64,000 nucleotides of DNA from Takakia lepidozioides (GCA_030704615.1 CM060733.1:43090001-43154000); one strand, 5' to 3'. Numbered from the stretch's first letter, positions 13,495-26,383 are shown. The notes: generated by a model not told the origin, from the letters alone. Program-made: numbers and translations.

Positions 13495-13990
13495 GCTTGT
13501 TTGAGGACTATTTGGGGTCTATTGAGGCCAATATCTTGCAAGTATTGGGGCCTGTTTGAGGACTATTTGGGGTCTATTGAGGCCAATATCTTGCAGGTAT
13601 TGGTCCCTGCTTTGAGGACTATTTGGGGTCTATTGAAGCCAATATCTTGCAGGCTTGTGGAGCCTGCTTGGGGCCGTTTGAAGGATTATTTGGGGTTTTT
13701 TGAGGCCAATGTTTTGCAGGCCTGTGGAGCCTTGTGAGGGCTGGTTGGAGGATGATTGGAGGTCCTTGGAGGCCCATATTGGGCAGACTTATGGAACTTT
13801 CTAAGAGTTCTTTGGGGGAGTATTGGAAGTCTTTGGAGGCCAATACTTGGCAGATTTGAGGAGCTTCTTAAGGGCTGTTGGAAGACTGTTGGAGGTCCTT
13901 GGAGGCCATATTGGGCAGGCTTGTGGAGCCATTGTGTGGGCTGGTTGGAGACCTTGGAGGCCACTAATTGGCGGGCGCCTAGGGCCTTTT
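13495..13990. repeat. Degenerate tandem repeat, ~55-57 bp units
   Basis: ttgaggactatttggggtctattgaggccaatatcttgca occurs three times near-exactly, then in diverged copies. Confidence 0.85.
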
Positions 13991-14843
13991 GGTGGACTGT
14001 TTGGAGTCCAAGTTTCCAAACTTCTTGAACCTCAGTGGGTCTATGTGAGGGACTGATTGAGGGCAAATTTCATAAGTTCATGGCAATAATTTGAGGGCTC
14101 TTGAGAGTTATTTGAGAGGTTCTTTAAAGATAGTCTTATCTATTGCTTGAGCAAGAGTGAGTGTAAAGATAGGGGGAGTAATGAGATGACAGCATTCTGG
14201 GCTTAGAGATTGCTTTAGCTTCCCTTCTCTATAGTCTTCCATCATTCTTGTAGGCCAAAGCTTTTCCGTAAGCGGAGGCAGAGCTAGTTTGGATAGAGAC
14301 TTGGCCATCTTGCAGGTTTATTGAAGCCGCAAGGAGATCGATTGATTTAAGCTGTGGGAGGTGTTGTTGTTTGAGTTTCTTGTGTTTGGATCCTCCTCCC
14401 ACACATGCATGCTTGACTGTGCGCCATGCTAGTTTGGTTTGGGCGCTTGCTTTTATAGGTGGTTGTGCCGGAAATATTGTGGCCGGCCAATCCTAGAACG
14501 TCATGTCCGTGGTGAGGCTGGGGTGATGACCAGCAGACCATCATTGTTTCTCTTATGGTGAGGCTGGGTTGATGACCAGCAGACCATAGGAATGCCTGCG
14601 GTGGATACAGGTGCAGGTGCAGGTTCAGAATAGGAACCTAATATTCCAAACCATAAGCCGCAACAGATTCTCTACCCGGTTACCTTGTGGAAAGGGGGAT
14701 TAGAGACAAGCTGATAGCCGATTTGAGTGTGAGTTTTCATCACGGAGGTATCACTAGTTGCTGAGGAGAGTGCCGGTACGAGCACCAGCGATACTAGTGG
14801 GTATACAAGATGAGGTGTGCGGTTTAGGCCACATTCACCTTCA

Positions 14844-15084
14844 ATGTCTTCTGAGGAAGGTTCAGACTCACAGTTAGGAGGATTCTCGCCGAGGGTGCAA
14901 GCCATTTCCGTGCCATTATTGTGGGATACGATGGAGGAAATGTATGGAGCTACCAAGGGGCCACGTCGGTACTTGGGAGTTGTGGGCACCATCGAGCTTG
15001 ATGATTTCATACATGAGTTTGATAGTTGGTGTGATTTGCAGCAGATGCGCAATCCACAACTGTTTACGCCTTTTATGGCATGGA
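14844..15084 (+). pseudogene. gag, 5' part (continues at 26384 after MULE-1)
   Basis: MSSEEG...GTIELDDFIHEFDSWCDLQQMRNPQLFTPFMAW, cut exactly at the TSD. Confidence 0.75.
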
Positions 15085-15702
15085 CAACGACGCAATGGCG
15101 TGAGCGTAGCACGTGAGCGCGCGAGCGTACGCTCACGCCAGCTGACGTGGCATGAGCCTGCACACACGCTGACGTGGCGTGAGCGTCATGTCAGCATGCT
15201 GATGTGGCGGTAAATGATGACGTGGCACTGTCCGTCAACTGCCACGTCAGCATTAACATGCGCCGCCTATAACCGTGGATGGTCCTATGACCGTGGAATT
15301 AATGCAGGGAATCTTGCCTAAATAGAATCAAGACGAGCGTTGAGGCCTACAATTGCAGCATCCAACATTGTGCAATTACAAATGCTTGTTTCACTTTTAC
15401 AATTACGAAGACGACAAAATATCCTCACAAAGTGTGCGCCATAAAGGCTGCCACGAGAAGACTTCCTCCCTCCTCAAATAACAATGAGAGTTATCATCAT
15501 CTTCAAAAGATGATTGTAGTGCATAGCGACAGCAAGACATGTAGACTTCGAACGGTGCAATGACAAATGTGCACTACCTAAAAGTTGTCACTCAGAGCTC
15601 ACTCCGTATAGTTGGAGGCCATATCATTGCACAGCCGACGAATTGATGTGAATTACACATTTCAAATCATGGTCATCCACATACCACATTACATAGTTCA
15701 TG

Positions 15703-18700
15703 CTACCCATGTGTTGTATCCCGCTGCAAAAGAGTATCGACCTCGTTGAAACTCATAGTGGCCTGGTGAATGAAGTTGTCACGTTTGGGATCGCAAACCA
15801 TCCTCCTCAAAAATATGAAATACAAATGTTTGCAGGGTATGAATTTACCTCTCTTGCCCAAACTGGTTGATAGCATATTCACAAAATCAGGACATGTGCA
15901 ATTGGGGAAATTGGAAACCGTGATGTCGTAGGTCCTGTCATGAACAGCAGATGTGGAAGTGATGATTGTGAATACCCGACCATATCCTGGATCGGGTACT
16001 TCCGTGGTGCTTCCGACACGAGCTTGGAGCATTCTTGCGGACTCCACTTTGCCAAAGTGTTCAGCGGTTGGAGGGAAACGCCGAACGAGCTTTCCATCTC
16101 GTTTGGTTGGCCACAAGTCAGGATTTGCCGGGGGGACCCGGGAGGACGCAGAAGTAGTAGCACATGCATGGAGTTGGGGTTGTCTCGCAAGGGAAAAACC
16201 TGCCTCCTCCAGCATTTCAATCTCCTGAAAGCTGAGATGTGTTCCCACCTTCACGGGCCAAACGGTTGGAGGAGATGGCTTCATCACTACGAAAGGACGC
16301 ACAGTTCCATGCACACATCTGGCACAATCATCTGCGCAGAACCAGAACTTGTGGTTCTTGGCTTCTGGTTGACCGTATGGACGCATCAAGCCTGTGAAAG
16401 TCGGAGCAGGAGTTCGGGCACCACCTCTGGATATAGATGAAGTGCACTTCTCGAAATTAGTTGCCCTGATCGCTGTACATTTCACACGAGACCCGACACT
16501 TGTGCGTTCTATGTGCCAAACGTGGTCGGGGCATGCGGACTCAAGCACATCAAGGGGGTTGTTTCTCTCCTGCACCATTTCAGTGGCACGGTTTGATGCT
16601 GGAGCTTGCCGTCGTGTTGGAGGTTCCTCCACAATGGAGGTTCCGGACATGGAGCTGTCATGCAGGGGAACACGAGGCTTCGAGAAGTTATCACGGTCTG
16701 CCTTGTGGGAATCTGAATCCGAACCAGGTGGAGTGTTCAATTTCCTCTTACAGGAGCCGAATCTCTCCTCCCCTTCAAGATGTGGAACTCTAGAAACAAG
16801 TGGCGTTCCCTGGGCATACATGCTCACCGCCCGTGCTATCTTGATTGGATCCCCAGATCTGTTTGCAGCACGCAACATCAACTCCCATTTGTCCGGACCC
16901 TTGCCACCAACCCCACCTCGTAAGAAATCACGGTATCTGGTTTGTTGTTGCAAGGCACGTATCAAATCATCTGTTGCTGCCACATACAAATCCCGACCTC
17001 GTTTCCCAGACTGCTGCAACCATGCATTGTGCACAGTTTCTGCCAAATTGCAAGATGGCATGTCCGCCATTTCCTCAATGGACATGTTCTGCAAAGAGGA
17101 TAACCACACTTCAGAACAGTGCACAGGAAACAACATAAAGAAAGCAATGAGTCAAAAATATGGAAAGCAAATGTATGAATAAAGCATGAAATAGAAGCCT
17201 CGTACTATTGTCATGGCTGCTCCCCACTGTCTATACCGGAAGTGCCAAAACGCCAGCCAATCTTCCAATGCTCTCATACTCTCAAGTGATGCAGCTCCAG
17301 AAGAGAACCACCAGGCACGAATTGTCTGGAACAAAGTGTCCGCCTCCTTCATTGTTCTAGCATCTTTGTACTCTTTGCACAATTTACGGTGCTGAGTCTG
17401 CATCTCTGGTTTGATGTCCGACTTTGTATGTTTTTCCAGAGATTGTGTCCAATGGAATAGAGATGTACGCTCTCTTCCTGGCATAGGCACTTTTGGGTCG
17501 CCCGATCCGAAGACAATACGAATAGCATTGAAATTTGCTTGAGCACTATCCGCCATGAAACCTGCGAAATTTGGAGATGGCAGCCCATGGCAGCCCATGA
17601 CACGTATCAGGGAATTCCACATGAGCTTCTGGGATTCCGTATCCTCGGATTGCATGTCACAAACTGCAATTGTCATAACTCGTTGGTACACTGGATCGTA
17701 GACATGACAAGCCATTGTCGTCCAATCCTTCACTCGTTTCACATGATCAAACATAAGAAAACAGTTCTGCAAGTCCCCAGTCTTCTGCATCCGCTTCACG
17801 AGGCTAACCCCACTGCCCTCCCCAACAGTGACATTTTGAAAAGAAAAACTTTGATGGCACCTTGACCTGGGAATACATTGTCCTGGATGTAATCGTACTT
17901 GCTCACTCGTTTCAATTCCAAAATATTGTCTATGTAGCCTCTGATCCCAGAGCCCATTCTCAATGCATTGATCTGATGCCGAATGTTAGGTGAACTTAAA
18001 GTGGAGAAATGATCCATGACCAGGTCCAATGCTGCACCGTCAAGTTTAGTCCCCACAGAATCTCCTTCACTCAAAATATGGCTTTCCAAGAAGGACTTGC
18101 TTGCGCCAAGAGCAATTGCAGATGTTGTTGCGGATGGGTTTCTCCCGAACTCCTGTTTGATCAACCTCGATACTGTCTCAACACTCTCCCTGTAATCCCC
18201 TTCGAGACAGGATGGTTATGGAATCCAAAATGCACACAAGCTCTCGTCATTGTATTCAAACGGTGGACAACATAGTACATTCTTGCTCCGCAGAGCGCCA
18301 ACAGGATGGCACAAGTTTGCAGAATTTGCAGACGAAAGTGTTTGCCGGTGGAGGGGCAGTCCCAGGCTGAAATGGATTTTCCGCCAGACCCTCCCATTCG
18401 CTTTAATTATGAACCCCAGACGAAGAAAGTGTCTGCAATTCAAATTATCACACCTAAGGTGTCCATTGCAAACTGTCCTCCTGAAAACAAGCTTGTCATC
18501 ATTCTGAATATTGGATGTTTTTGTTCTGCACCACGGTGCCCGTCGTGTTTCTTGTCCATTCCATGCATCATGATTGTTACACCTCCAACTCGCGGAGGAG
18601 GAGGCAGCTCGAATAGGATATCGCCATCAAAAGTCTCCGGCAAGAACTTCACAGGCACCTGCTTCAAAGATTCCCAATCAATTCCCCGCAACTCACTTTT

Positions 18701-19213
18701 GAATCCAGCCATTCCTCCCATCGCCCGCAATTTTGGAATGACACTACAAATCTCTTCTTCATCAGCTTCTGCAACCACAGTAGGAAGGACTGGATTTGGA
18801 ATTTCACTTATGTCATCATCGGAAGAATCCGAAAGCTCAACGATTGGAGTGGAGGAAGTCTGTTCTTTTTTCACCACCACCTCCCTCTTGTCTTCAACGA
18901 CCGAAGCAGCAGTCCCGGGCGTCACATATGACCCAAGGGACTTTCGCCGAGGCTCTCCAAGTACTCTGTATCGACCAGGACGCACTCTCCACTGGCTGAT
19001 ATGAGCCGTCTCATCACGGTTTTGGAAAGAATATTTCACCAACTTCCCTTTCAGATCGTAAACCTCTTTCTCCAAAAAGATGGAGCCATTCTGCAGCTGA
19101 AAACGGGTAGCCAAGACATGTTCCAGAACAATTGCAAATCCATTGTCAAGGACTTCCTGGGAGAACGGCACTGGTTTGTCGTCTGAGAAGAACTCCGCTT
19201 CAGAGGAAGCCAT
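15703..19213 (-). pseudogene. Mutator-type DDE transposase with WRKY/GCM-like Zn finger and C-terminal SWIM domain (frameshifted)
   Basis: CGARMYYVVH...RACVHFGFHNHP; catalytic-type motifs FLMFDHVK, FMADSAQA, LFHW, CNLAETVH; SWIM CTCPDF...CKHL. GT-AG intron at 17205-17089. Frameshifts at ~17800-18500. Confidence 0.88.
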
Positions 19214-20445
19214 CTTCCTTCCTCGAGTATGTTTGTACCTTGCTATCGCAGATCTAGTGTAAATCGGTTTACTGCTGTCTCCAGAACACAGTTGAAGAAT
19301 GAGCAGAGAATATGGCGGAGGAAGCTCAGATAACGACTGTGCATATTATGTTATTCTTTCCAGATATGCAGCCGTCCATTTTAATTACTTTTCTTGTGGG
19401 CCCAGTGGTCAGAGTATCCCTAGGGGCAGTGTCGGCAACTGTTAAACCGTTAATCAGAACCTCATCAATAAACCCAATAACAAAGCCGACTTCCTGGAAG
19501 CATGCCACAGGATCTGAGAATGGGATTGCAGATTAAGTAAATGTATCTATATACTACTACCAATGATCATGCGCACGGAAAGTTCCAAATGTGAAACGAA
19601 TGTGGGGTTTGGCTAACAAAGATGACTGTGTATGATATTCCAAAATTTGTCATCAAACTCTCGTTCATTTATATTTATTTGTTTAAGACTGCGCATCAAT
19701 TTCTGGGATTCGCTGTTCTTTTCAAATATTGAACCCGTTCTAATAAAGAACACGCCGTTTTTTTTTGGGCGGCACACGTCAGACATCCATAACTGAATAC
19801 GAACAGTTGTACACCAATTGCTGGCATGTGCACTAATAAGGAAACGACTATGTGTAACGGTCACGCGGGAGGGAATCCGATGCTTCTAGAGACACGCAAG
19901 AACGCAGGCAATCCCGCAAGAAATCGGGAGTCACTGCGTTTTTCTACTTTTCGCGCTTAGAGGGAGAGTGGTAGTCAAGCTGGAGAGGGTTCTTTCTAGA
20001 ATACGAAAGAGAAGAAAGTCTCTTTATTTTACTTCCCTTAGAGAGAGACGCAGAGCAAGAGAGAAAATGACGAGGCGTTGTTTGTTGGAGAACACAGGGC
20101 CAAGGCAGCAGGTGAACGCAGAGACTGATTCACAAGAGCAGACGGAGACTGAGGCAGCGGCTGCGACACAGTCGGCGATAAGAGTGCGCCAGCCTGTGGA
20201 GGCAGAGATGATTCGCAGGGACACTGAAGAAGGTGGAAGCACGCGGAACGCCGAACCTGGAGAAGGTCAAGAAACCCTTGCGCAGACAGAAACTCCAGCA
20301 GATGTGAGAGGGAAGAGGAAAGTTGCATAAGGGGATCAAATTTCAAAACCTAAGAAGGTGCCAGTAAGTTTTATCATAAAGTCTGTCTGATTGCCTTTCA
20401 AGGAGTCCTTCCTCTTCCCTTCTTTAGCAGGAACTACTGATTTGC

Positions 20446-20635
20446 GAGCGTCGTTAACGCCATTCGATTCTCCTCATGAGATTTATGTACTTATGTGTTT
20501 CAAGAGATAGTCTGCACTTACTATTCTCCCTAAACTACACTGAATGTCGTTGCCGCCAATCAGTTGCACATGTATGTCATTACACAACACCGATTCGGCA
20601 GGTCATTATTTTTGTGATGTCGTTAACGCCGTTCG
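20446..20635. repeat. Three degenerate copies of the 20-bp palindrome in intron 1 of the accessory gene
   Basis: gagcgtcgttaacgccattc (20446), gaatgtcgttgccgccaatc (20542), gatgtcgttaacgccgttc (~20616). Confidence 0.7.
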
Positions 20636-22626
20636 CTATCGCTCTCGCTTTTGTTTGAATACGGCAGTCTCAGCTTTGCATGTGTAGATTGTGCTGAATT
20701 CTTTCACACCATTCATGGTGAGTTTCCTTGATACAGAGTGATGGTCGTTACGGCCATTCACTATTTGCAAATCACTCAGTCAGAACTGAATGGCATCGTG
20801 CAAAAAACTGTGAGGTCGAAGCCTACAGGATCAGAGGGAAAAGGATCTGGAGATGGGGACGAGTCCGCAAAAAGCTCTGAGAATACAGATGAAGCAGATG
20901 AATCCGAAGTGCACTACCTTGACAAGGTGAAAGAACTCATGTCATTCCAGAAGGTAAACTCTCAGGAGGTTATAAGGGACATGCTCGTATCTGGAGGGCG
21001 TCTGGACATACCTCTGTGCCGGATGATATCAATGCCTGTTGTGCGTCCACCTCTTTCCCATGACATAACAAAATTGGAGAGTGATTTTGTACATGGATAT
21101 AGACTTGGTGCACAAGTTTTTTATGTGTCACTGACGGATATAAATGGGAAAAGCACATTAGTGTCTCCAGAGATCAGTGATAACTGGGATGAGTGCTGAA
21201 AAGAAGCCAATGAGGAGTTCGAGCTGGGCCTCATGATGGGAAAGAACACCCAGCAATTCTGCAACCACATGTTCTACGTCTGGGACGGCAACCACCGATT
21301 GCTGGCATGGATGGGATACATTCAGAAACACCATTCGAAAGACAAAGACAAGCATGTTGCTGTGGAGGCAATGGTTTTGGATCCAGGAAACGACATCGCT
21401 AGGCTTCTTACAGCTATGCACGACGTGAACAAGTAAGTCATCCAGGAGATTTCATTGCCTCTGTAGTGTCTTGTTAATCCTCAAAAAACAGTGTTAAGGA
21501 ATGCAATGTTTCCAATGTTTTTGCAGATCGACAGAGAAATCGCATGTGACAACAAGCTTGGTTCACACACTATTCGAATTCAGAGGATTGGTCTGATGAA
21601 GCTGGATGATTTTCGGACAGTACTACCACCCAATATCATCAAGAAGTGCGAAACAGGAAGAGCTGCAGGCACTTGGTATTCTTTGACACGAGAGGCGTTT
21701 CTGGAGTACATGTATGCGGTAAGCCGAGTCTATAATCTGTTTACTTTTCGAATACATGTTTGTAGTCCTTCGGAGCTAATCACTACTTGAATGAATGCAG
21801 CAAGAACTGGCAGAGGCAGCTGAGAAGGGAAAATCCGAATATTACCGCACTACACCAGAAGAATAAGAACATCAAAGGGTGTGGAAGCTGCAATAAAGAA
21901 GGAGTTTGAAATGCGAAGAACCAAATTGATGTCAGCCTTCGGAAAGCAGCTTAGAATAGTAGATCCTGGACTTGGTCCTGAGTTCCTTCAGCAGATCAAA
22001 ACACACTATGACAAGCATGTGCATCCGGAGATGCAGTAGGAGAAATTGCACCGGCTGGCCATATCGATGGTCGACCCACAAACAAAAATAAGGTGGCTGG
22101 AGATATGGAACTCAGATCAAACAGTAAAGGACTTGAATCAGTTCCAAAGAGCACCATACAGCCTGGCACAAAGGTGGAAGGAATCAGTGATTTGGTGTTT
22201 GATAACTGGCTCCACAAGGCTATATTTTGGAGTCGGGTGTGTATTCGAACATGCTGTTTCTTCTCTTCAAGTATGTGATGTGTATCTTTTTTGCAATTCT
22301 GACAAATATACTATTTGCAGCTCGAAAAGCGCGCCGTCATTGTGCTGGATCAGACTTTGAAGGACCTGAACATTTCGATTGTTTCCCCCTCCCCAAATGT
22401 CATTGGAGGCATACATAAGGAAGTGGAGAGGTCTGACCTGGAGATACTGTTTTTTCCGGGAGTTCTCCAAAGATGGTAACATTTTACGGTCCAACGACTT
22501 TGACAGTCAGGTTGGAGGAGAGTGGGCCATGATGCGAGTTGTACAGGTGCAATGTCATACTTAAACTCTACTGTTTTTTTTGGGAAAAAATGTGGCTTCA
22601 TATGATTGAAATCTTAGATCCAGATT

Positions 22627-23335
22627 GAATGTCGTTGACGACATTCACTTCTTTGTCTGAGTCATTCTAAGCGAGTATATGAATTCACCTGGTCTAGGAT
22701 CTAAGGTGCAATTTTATTGTCCCTATTAGAATTGCTAATGTCCTTGAATGGCGTTGACGACATTACATACGGATTGTGGAAGGTCCTCAAGTATGTAATT
22801 TTTGGTAATGTCCATAGAGGTTACAGTGAGGGTTCCTCACTTCATTTTGCTGAATGTCAATGCAGACATTCAGTTGTTCTGCATTGTTTTTGCCTCTTGC
22901 GATGAATGTGGAGGCTTGATAAGCTCTGTTTTAAGAAATCCAAAGTGAATGTCGTTGACGACATTCACAGCTGTGTCTGTATTATTCAACAGCGACAAAT
23001 TCAATTTACATGGATTGGGGAGCTAAGTAATTGGTTTCTTTTTGTATTTTTGTGAATGGCGTTGACGCCATTCACATACAGTGATGTTGTGAGGTCCTCA
23101 GTGATAGGTTCGTTATGAATGTGCATTGAGTTTTCCTGGGGTTCCTTACTCAATTTTTTGATTTCATCCTGTGATTTGCTTCATTTAGTAATAATTTGGC
23201 TTCATTAGTGAATGTCGTTGACGACATTCACTTCTATGTCTGTGTCATTTCTAAACGATAATTTGCATTCACCTGGATTAGGGTGTATTTACAGTATCAT
23301 TGAATGGAATGTTCTGAATGGCGTTGACGACATTC
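22627..23335. repeat. Array of seven 20-bp palindromes GAATG(T/G)CGT-TG-ACG(A/C)CATTC in one intron, 95-156 bp apart
   Basis: Copies start at 22627, 22746, 22852, 22947, 23054, 23210 and 23316, inside the intron 22548-23478. Confidence 0.92.
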
Positions 23336-25839
23336 ATATCTGGAGCAGTAGTGTGGTCCTGAAAGGTCCTTGGAGCAGTTCTCAGAGCCATTTCAATCTA
23401 TGTTTTATTTCTTTCTGTTCTACTTGCATCTTACTCACTGAGCGCTTTTGTGGGTTGGGATTTATCTCCTTTTTTCAGGTACACAAAATATGTGCTTATG
23501 GGAAGGAAATCACCTGAGCGGAATTCCCGACTATCTTGACATGTGGTCGGACCCTGCAAACGATCCAACCATGTATACTGCAGGGATATTGAAGGACTGG
23601 AGTCCTTCTCACTTCAGAGACTGTGGGTGGTACCTTGACTGCCCACCTGAGCACACGACCTTTCAAGAACAGCATATGAAATACTTGAACAATAACGCTG
23701 AGATGCTGGCGCCTTTGACTGACGAAGAGTATCAACGAAACATAGCAACATTGGCTGCAAGGAGCCTGATGCTCAGGGAACGCCGCAGAAGGGAAAGAAG
23801 GCGGGCCGCAAACCAAAAGACAAGGCTGTTGATGTCATAGCCATCTCACCAGCAAAGCCAAAGGACAAAGACAAGTCCAAAGAGAAGGAAAAGGACAAGG
23901 GGAAGGAGAATGAAAAGGAGATGGAGAGTGGGCAGGACTTTACTGCTGGAAGATATACCCGCACTCTTAGTGCGTGTTCGATGCCAAGCCACACCCTTCC
24001 CGTTCTGATTCGCAGGAGAGATGAAAATTGTTAATGAGGGTTGGCTTTTATGATGCAGAGTCGAAAGAGAGGATACACTGGGGTGCCATCCCCTACCTGG
24101 GACAAATATAATCTCATTCCTCAATCTGGTGAGATTTCCAGTTTCTTTCCTTTTTCTTTGAAAGTTTCGTTGGCAGTATATTTCAGTCTCGTTCTTTGAA
24201 AACAATTCTTGCCATCGTTCTTATAAAAAACATGTCTGTTGCAGGTGAGCACAGGTCCCACCTTCGTGTGCGGTGTGCAGAAAACTTATGCGGCCGACAT
24301 TGTCATTCTCGACATCCCGGATGGCCAGGCTGTGCCAGAAGTTCTTCCAAAGGGCAAGACGCCAGGCTGGAACAAATTCGAGGACAACTACTGGAGTTGG
24401 GTGTTCGGGTTCTGTAACAATTTCCTCTCTGATGCAGGGACACTTCTGCTTTTTCAGTCATGTGACAATGATAGTCGTCGGGCATTGGCATCATACCTCA
24501 AGTCTTCAGGGTTTGAAGTTTTGCGCACATGGAATTGTGTGAACAGCCTCTACCTTGTGAAAGGGGGTTTCCCTGGTCAGCTGGTATGCCGTCTCCCTTC
24601 TGCTTGTGCTTGATCATGAGTTTCAATTTTCTCTGCAGCTCCACTCTAGTAGAATGTTTTATGATCGACACCGATCATCACCGATTCATGATTTTTTTGT
24701 GTCAGAGTTCTGAATAGCCGATGTACACACTTCCACTATAGATTGTGTTTACCACACTAACCTGCTATCTTTGCCAGACGAGGATGTTCGAGGCGATCTG
24801 CCTGCGGAGGATTCGCACCTCAAAGACACCATCCTCCATCCGCAGCTTTGAGATTTCTGACCAGGGTTGTTTCGTCAACCCCCCCTATGAGCCCCATGTC
24901 GATGACATTTTGTACAACTTCATGCAGTCCAGTCAGACTCTGAAGAGACCAGATGGCCTCCCTGGAGAGGTGCAAAGGAAAAGTCACCAGCATTCATGCA
25001 AATACTGCTGGAAGTCATGCAGCCACCGCTCTGCACGGGTGGTCGATCTTTCTGTGTCCACAGGTTCGTTTTTTCCCTTCCGAATTGGTTTCCTTTCAAC
25101 AGTTTCATCTGCTTAAATCCCCCCTCCAAACTGTTCATGTTCTCCTGTCTGGTGCAGGAGGCAACTTAACCATGCATGCAAGGCAGGCGAAAGAAGCCTT
25201 TTTGGCATGGAGGGTGATTCTGACCTACAAACCAGTGCTCCTCCCCCTTTTGTCTGGCTCCACTTCAGGCACACAGACTGATCGGATTCAAATTCGAAAT
25301 GATGACGATCCCGAAGATAAGCAGGTCGACAACGACTTTTCATGTGAGTAAGTGCTAAACCCTCTTTGGGAGTCATACTCAATTTCTCGATAACATCAAA
25401 GTTACAGTAATAACTTTTTCAGGCTGTCTTTCAGGAAAGGCAGCGGTGGATCTTCAGGAGATACAGTCATTTCTGGCGAGTCTGTTTTCGACAGCCCCCT
25501 TTCCAATTTTCTGCTTCCTGTTTATGCCGAAGCAATGGCACTTCACGCGGCCGAGTCCCTATCCCCTGACTTTTTAGTGGCCAGCCGTAGGTGTATCCAG
25601 CGTGGATCCGGTGTTCTAAAATACTTAGACTTAGATGCAGAGGAAGAGGGATACATTGTACTGACTCTGAGTCAGACTGAACTGTATTCTTTTAATATTC
25701 ATTTTCATATTATCTGGAAAACGTTGAATCCCCTTCTCCACCGTAGTTGTTCCTTTAGAACAAATAATAATCACAGAATCAACTTTCGTTTAAATTGCTA
25801 TATGTATGAATCCATCTCACAAACCTTCCTGACTCTTCT

Positions 25840-26165
25840 CATATCCATTGTGCATTCATCTACACTGTATTCATGCGTGCTCCATTCATGAAAGCTTTCT
25901 TTGTACAACATCCATTGTACATTCATCCTCTGTACTCTTTAATCCCCCCACAAACCTTCCACACTCATTTCATATACTTTGTGCATTCGTCAAAAGATTT
26001 GGTCATGCATCTTCCTGTCATGAATTTTTGTCATTGCTCAACATCCATATACATTCATCCATTTTACTCTTATCCATCCGTCATTCATCCATCTACATAC
26101 ATTTTTCACACTCATCCATCTGTTTATCATCCAACTGTACATTCATCCATCCTTTATTCAATGCC
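25840..26165. repeat. CATTCATCC-rich low-complexity subterminal repeat of MULE-1
   Basis: Repeated cattcatcc/tacattcatc motifs. Confidence 0.7.
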
Positions 26166-26383
26166 TTTTATTATGTCGTCCAGCTTGTTTCCGCGGTAAA
26201 GGGTGCCAATCCGCGGGAATACACTCCACTTCTTTCTGGGCGCGTGGTGACGCGGCCTTCACGTGTGATGACGTGGACTGAGCCCCGTGACGTGGCATTT
26301 GCGCAAGGTGACGTGGCGTGAGCGCAGTTGCGCTCACGCGCTCACGTGACCAGGCTCACCCCGAGGCATCCCTGTGGCATGGA

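Larger units (their letters stand above)
20067..25351 (+). pseudogene. MULE-1 accessory gene: ParB/Srx-like domain plus beta-class N4/N6 DNA methyltransferase-like domain (multi-exon, disrupted)
   Basis: ParB-like FYVWDGNHRLLAW at ~21272-21310. MTase-like ADIVILDIPDG (motif IV position), FLSDAGTLLLF, WRGAKEKSPAFMQILL, RVVDLSVSTG, HACKAGERSLFGMEGD (SAM-binding motif I-II) at 24290-25220. Canonical GT-AG introns; in-frame stops and frameshifts. Confidence 0.72.
15085..26374. mobile_element. MULE-1: Mutator-like DNA transposon, 11,290 bp, transposase and accessory gene arranged head-to-head
   Basis: Exact 9-bp TSD TGGCATGGA (15076-15084 and 26375-26383). Imperfect TIRs share GTGAGC..CACGTGAGCGCG.GAGCG...CGCTCACGCCA. 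Contains a MULE/SWIM transposase, and its removal restores the gag frame. Confidence 0.92.

Noticed and set aside
14100-14750. 5' LTR and PBS of the DNMT-Gypsy element
   Set aside because: No convincing match to the putative 3' LTR start at ~31737, and no clear tRNA primer site.
22627-23335. CRISPR array interpretation of the spaced palindromes
   Set aside because: Spacers are 75-136 bp, uneven and related to each other. The context is a eukaryotic intron with no cas genes.
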